Assembly (NCBI GenBank): GCA_039588295.1
Contig: JBDHAB010000072.1
Location: forward strand, 1 to 11,161
DNA: 11,161 nucleotides
DNA from: Gemmatimonadota bacterium
GTDB taxonomy: Bacteria > Gemmatimonadota > Gemmatimonadetes > Gemmatimonadales > GWC2-71-9
Reading direction: 5' to 3'
Shown: positions 7,617 to 11,161 of the stretch, piece by piece
Layout of the letters: the number at the start of each line of letters is the position of its first letter
Position numbering within the stretch: the first letter of the stretch is position 1
Notes under the pieces: generated by a model
Seen by the model: only the letters and a program-made list of their open reading frames with translations
Database searches by the model: none
Told to the model about the DNA's origin: nothing
Position numbers and translations under genes: made by a program

Positions 7617-8666
7617 TCAATGCCGAGCCAGCGCCTCCCACACCGTCATGCCGAGGATCATCAGGGCACCAAAGACACCCACCACCACGCTGGCTTCCTG
7701 GAACCTCGTGTGCCTACGAATCCGCTCATCGATGAACGGCCATGCGAACATGATGAACACAATGAAGCCCATGCTCAGCACCGCGGCCGTTCCACTGAAG
7801 AGTTTGAGCCAGCGGAACGCCACGTAGAAGAACCACTCCGGCTTGATCACTTCAGGGGTCTGCAGTGGATCGGCGGCAGGTCCCAACATGGCCGGGAACA
7901 CCGTTGCCAGAACCGAAAGCAGAATCATGAGGATCAGTCCGATGATGAGCTCCGTGTAGAGGTGGTCCGGGAAGAAGTTGAACGTCTTCGATATCCCGGT
8001 CTCCTCGTTCTTGAAACGGAACTCTGTCACGCCCTGCAGTCGGATGATCGTGATGTGCAGCGCAATAAGCCCCACAATCGTCACCGGCAGGATCGCGGCG
8101 TGCAGCACGAAGAACCGCGAAAGCGTGGACTGGTTGTAGCTGTCGCCAGCCAGCATCATCCTCTTCAGGAACCCGCCGATGACCGGCACCATATCGGTGA
8201 TGTTGGCGCCCACTGTGGCACCCCAGAAGCTCAGCTGCTCGTACACGAGGCTGTAGCCCGTGAAGCCCGTCATGAGCGTGCAACACAACAGACACATGCC
8301 GACGATCCAGTTGATCTCGCGCGGCTTCCGGTAGGCACCGGTGAAGAACACCCGAATCTGGTGCAGGATGACCGCCACGATCATCAGGGTGGCCGCCCAC
8401 TTATGCACACTCCGGATGTACCAGCCGAACGAGACGTCGCGGGTGATGGTCTCGACGGACTGGTACGCCGTCGCCGGGGAGGCCTCGTAGTAAAACGCCA
8501 GCAAGATGCCGGTGAAGATCTGGACGATGAACAAGTAGGCCGGGGTGCCGCCAAGCGCGAACCACCACCGTTTTAGATGATAGGGGACCGGCTCATTCGT
8601 GAGTTCTCGGAACTGCCGGCCCGAGATCGGCAGGCGATCCCCAAACCAGCGACTGACTGCTCTCAT
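7617..8666 (-). CDS. qcrB: cytochrome b subunit of a Rieske/cytochrome b complex (b6-like, unsplit)
   Basis: GWYIRSVHKWAA...LHQIRVFFTGAYRKPREINW, TGFTGYSL, SRFFVLH...LH and PEVIKPEWFF. Four heme-b His ligands are present. Confidence 0.95.
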   Translation of the reverse strand: MRAVSRWFGDRLPISGRQFRELTNEPVPYHLKRWWFALGGTPAYLFIVQIFTGILLAFYYEASPATAYQSVETITRDVSFGWYIRSVHKWAATLMIVAVILHQIRVFFTGAYRKPREINWIVGMCLLCCTLMTGFTGYSLVYEQLSFWGATVGANITDMVPVIGGFLKRMMLAGDSYNQSTLSRFFVLHAAILPVTIVGLIALHITIIRLQGVTEFRFKNEETGISKTFNFFPDHLYTELIIGLILMILLSVLATVFPAMLGPAADPLQTPEVIKPEWFFYVAFRWLKLFSGTAAVLSMGFIVFIMFAWPFIDERIRRHTRFQEASVVVGVFGALMILGMTVWEALARH

Positions 8667-8699
8667 CGCAGCCGGCTCTGGCGGAAGTGTCGCTCGCGG

Positions 8700-9326
8700 T
8701 CAGGCGCTTGCATCGGCGGCACCACGGCGGACACGCCTGCCGAGACACGGATCGTGCCCCGGTCCACTGATGCACTCGTCATGATCGATCACGCCGTCAC
8801 TCTCCCCTGCATTGGCCAACAGTGGTGGTGGCACGGCGATGTGAAGGTTTCCTCCCTCGACCTTGATTTGGTGGCGCGGAAGAAACTGCCCCGCCTCGCC
8901 TGGCGGTCCCGCAATTGCCTTTCCGGAAGGGTCGAACACGCCGTTGTGGCAGGGACAGAAAAACTGGTTGTTCTGCTCCTCCCATCGCACCTGGCATCCG
9001 AGGTGGGGGCACGTGCTCGATAGCGCGATGAAATCGTCCGCGTCTCCGTTCCGCGCTCGGCGCGTGATGTTGATCGTTTCGCCGGATGGACCCAGGTAGC
9101 GAATGGACTCACCGACCGCTACGCCGTCGGCTTCAGTCACGAACTGCCATATGACTTCGTCCAATTCCGCGGGGTACAGATACCGCCCGGCAACGAGGGC
9201 GAAACCTCCGTACCCACCCACCAGGCCCGCCGCCATCGCGACGCGAGAGGCGTTCTTCAGGAAGCCTCGCCGGTCTTCACCGTCGGCGCTCGTGGGTGCA
9301 CCCTCTTGGTTCGCTTCGTCCGTCAT
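8700..9326 (-). CDS. qcrA: Rieske 2Fe-2S subunit with Tat signal/anchor
   Basis: DRRGFLK Tat motif plus hydrophobic helix. Box I CPHLGC (9011-8994) and box II CPCHNGVF (8957-8934), then AGPP. SD GAGGA upstream. Confidence 0.95.
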   Translation of the reverse strand: MTDEANQEGAPTSADGEDRRGFLKNASRVAMAAGLVGGYGGFALVAGRYLYPAELDEVIWQFVTEADGVAVGESIRYLGPSGETINITRRARNGDADDFIALSSTCPHLGCQVRWEEQNNQFFCPCHNGVFDPSGKAIAGPPGEAGQFLPRHQIKVEGGNLHIAVPPPLLANAGESDGVIDHDECISGPGHDPCLGRRVRRGAADASA

Positions 9327-9361
9327 CTACACGTTCCTCGTGTCAGGCTGTGCTGATTGGA

Positions 9362-10591
9362 TCACGGCCAAAACAGCGTCAGTTGCACGAAACCCCAATA
9401 CGTCGGGTCATCACCAAGGCCAAAAGCCGGGAGGAGCTGCGTTGCCAGCGGCTCGGGCAGGAACACGCCCCCACCCAGCTGAAGACCCGCGTAGGTGTGA
9501 AAGCTCCAGTTCCCGATCACGTCCAACTCGGTCCCCAGGGCCTGCTCACCGGAGCGCTCCACTGCCATCCAGAAGCGGTGCAGGTCCACGCGCGCCGACT
9601 TGTTGCCCGGCAGCGTGACCGAGCCACGCACGATAGCGTCGACGAGTCCCGCCTGATCGAGCTGGCCCGGGGGGTTGAGGACGTAGTCCATGATGCCGTA
9701 GAACTTGTGGTTCGTGGCATAGAGCGTGTTGAACGCCTTGATGTCGCTATCGGTGAGGTCGTCATCACCGGAGAGATAGTCGAGCTGTGCCGCGATCGTG
9801 CCGCGTCCTACGGCAGCGCCCACCTTTCCACTGGCAAAGAACGCGCTACGATCCGGCCCGAACTGGTAGGCACCGGCCGCTTCGTACATCATGGAGCCGG
9901 TCCGCCCGTGCGCGCGGAGATTCACCGTGTACGACTCATCCGTCACGGCATCCTTGTCGACGACTGCCGTCAGCTCCGCGGTGGCGCTCCCGATCTTACC
10001 CGACACAAACCCACCGATGAGCCACCCGTCGTCGCTCACCCCCTGGTTGCCCTGCGGTTGCAGCCCCACGGGGAGGAGCAAATCACGCTCCGCGACGTTC
10101 ATCCAGAACACGGTCCATCCGACACCACTCGTCTCACCAAGCAACCGCCCTCCGTCGAAGGCGCGGCCCGTGTTACTCCACCCCACGGAACCGATCAGCC
10201 GTTGGTCACCGAGTGCAACCTCCTGCCGACCGAGGCGTACCCTGAGGGCGTCCGTCCCCAGCTCGGCGAAGCCCTGATGCATGTCGAAGAAGTCGGCGCT
10301 GGCATCGGTGAGTGTGTTGGCCTCCGTCCCCCAGGCCCGGGCGTCCTGGACCTGAACGTAGACACGAAGCCAGTCACCCAGCGTTGCCCTCGCACCCACC
10401 CGGATTCGCGAGAGGGTCGCCGCGTCATCCCCGGTGCCGACAGCGCGCCCGTCCCACTCGCTACGGAGCCGCAGCTGGCCGTCGAACGCGAACGTTGGGG
10501 ACGCCTGGGTCCTGCCTGACGACGGGCAGACACCAATCGCGACGATCGAGGCGAACAGGATCGCACGTCGGGTCAGTTTCCCACCCTTCAT
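9362..10591 (-). CDS. alginate-export-family outer-membrane beta-barrel (porin)
   Basis: AGGAGG before ATG 10591 and a signal peptide. Motifs GQLRLRSE, YVQVQDARAWG, LRVRLGRQEVALGDQRLIGSVGWSNTGRAFDG, YLSGDD, FNTLYATNHKFYGIMD, LGTELD, and an aromatic C-terminal strand (YWGFVQLTLFWP). Confidence 0.88.
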   Translation of the reverse strand: MKGGKLTRRAILFASIVAIGVCPSSGRTQASPTFAFDGQLRLRSEWDGRAVGTGDDAATLSRIRVGARATLGDWLRVYVQVQDARAWGTEANTLTDASADFFDMHQGFAELGTDALRVRLGRQEVALGDQRLIGSVGWSNTGRAFDGGRLLGETSGVGWTVFWMNVAERDLLLPVGLQPQGNQGVSDDGWLIGGFVSGKIGSATAELTAVVDKDAVTDESYTVNLRAHGRTGSMMYEAAGAYQFGPDRSAFFASGKVGAAVGRGTIAAQLDYLSGDDDLTDSDIKAFNTLYATNHKFYGIMDYVLNPPGQLDQAGLVDAIVRGSVTLPGNKSARVDLHRFWMAVERSGEQALGTELDVIGNWSFHTYAGLQLGGGVFLPEPLATQLLPAFGLGDDPTYWGFVQLTLFWP

Positions 10592-10648
10592 GACTGCCCT
10601 CCTGGTGACGCTCGGGGCTCTCACAGCACTATGGGCCAGCACTCGGAG

Positions 10649-11036
10649 CTACTCTGCTGCAGCCACTGCCGGCGCAGCCTTCGAACGCGCCAGAATGAAC
10701 AGCACCAAGAGGATGACGTCAATCACCAGGTGCACCCACCAGAACGCGACCAGGCCGCCCACGATGAGGAAGGTGACGGCGTAGGACAGTGTGCCCAGCG
10801 CATACCGCAGAATGCCCATGTCGATAACGAACTTGTACTTCTCCGGGGCTCTGGAGGCGATGAAGAACATCACCCCAAAGGTCAGCATCAGCCCCAAACG
10901 GGTGGATATAAACCAGAGCTTCCTCGATGTACTCCAGTCCGAAGAGGTTGGCAACTGGCTCGCTGCCGAAGAACCCCGGCAAGCCACGCAGGACGAACTC
11001 GACAATCGCGGCGATGAGTAGGACAACCCGTGCCAT
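10649..11036 (-). pseudogene. four-helix membrane protein with a single frameshift near 10892-10895 (pseudogene or sequence error)
   Basis: MARVVLLIAAIVEFVLRG...YIHPFG (from ATG 11036) continues in another frame as LMLTFGVMFFIASRAPEKYKFV...AAAE* (stop 10649). Span is 388 nt = 3n+1; the junction is at TTTGGGG. Confidence 0.7.
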
Positions 11037-11161
11037 CTCTGCCCCCAAGGTTACGGTGGTCTCCCTATGGCTACGTCAACGACCGCACGCCTCAACGGTT
11101 CGGCGGTCCCGGCATCGGAGGAGGGCTCGGAGAAACGTCGTTTCGGCACACGGGATCGCCG

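Noticed and set aside
8664..8702. Rieske and cytochrome b are in the same frame, separated by one TGA and 11 sense codons (possible selenocysteine/readthrough fusion)
   Set aside because: A shared frame has a 1-in-3 chance. The Rieske C-terminus is periplasmic while the cytochrome b N-terminus is cytoplasmic, so a fusion is topologically implausible. No SECIS-like support seen.
3496..10519. Long plus-strand ORFs (3496-4311, 5765-6388, 7016-7735, 7362-8576, 9296-10519)
   Set aside because: Antisense shadows of well-supported genes, expected in high-GC DNA. No motifs.
11048..11079. Sigma70-like promoter TTGACG...TAACCT on the minus strand
   Set aside because: Spacer is 20 nt, too long. No convincing FNR/NarL or sigma54 site was found upstream either.

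Overview
GC-rich bacterial window from a diderm, judging by the outer-membrane beta-barrel gene. Most of it (2386-11036, minus strand) is one co-oriented respiratory cluster. Gene order: frameshifted 4-TM membrane protein, alginate-export-type porin, Tat Rieske 2Fe-2S protein, b6-like cytochrome b, membrane-anchored octaheme HAO-family cytochrome of the reductive (epsilon-Hao-like, no cross-linking Tyr) type, periplasmic nitrate reductase NapA, a duplicated tetraheme NapB, and an unknown protein. No napC, napGH, napD, nrfA or cytochrome c1 gene is visible. The cluster therefore looks like a self-contained nitrate-to-ammonium module fed by its own Rieske/cytochrome b complex (inference). The left 2 kb is an eroded accessory region. 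It holds a small Zn-ribbon ORF between two copies of a 33-bp hairpin, an integrative-element attachment-site scar (10-bp phased repeats plus a tRNA-Pro(GGG) fragment starting at the anticodon loop), a broken NTF2-like gene, and a stand-alone DUF3365/Tll0287-like monoheme cytochrome c. Family calls come from motif recognition only; no searches were run.
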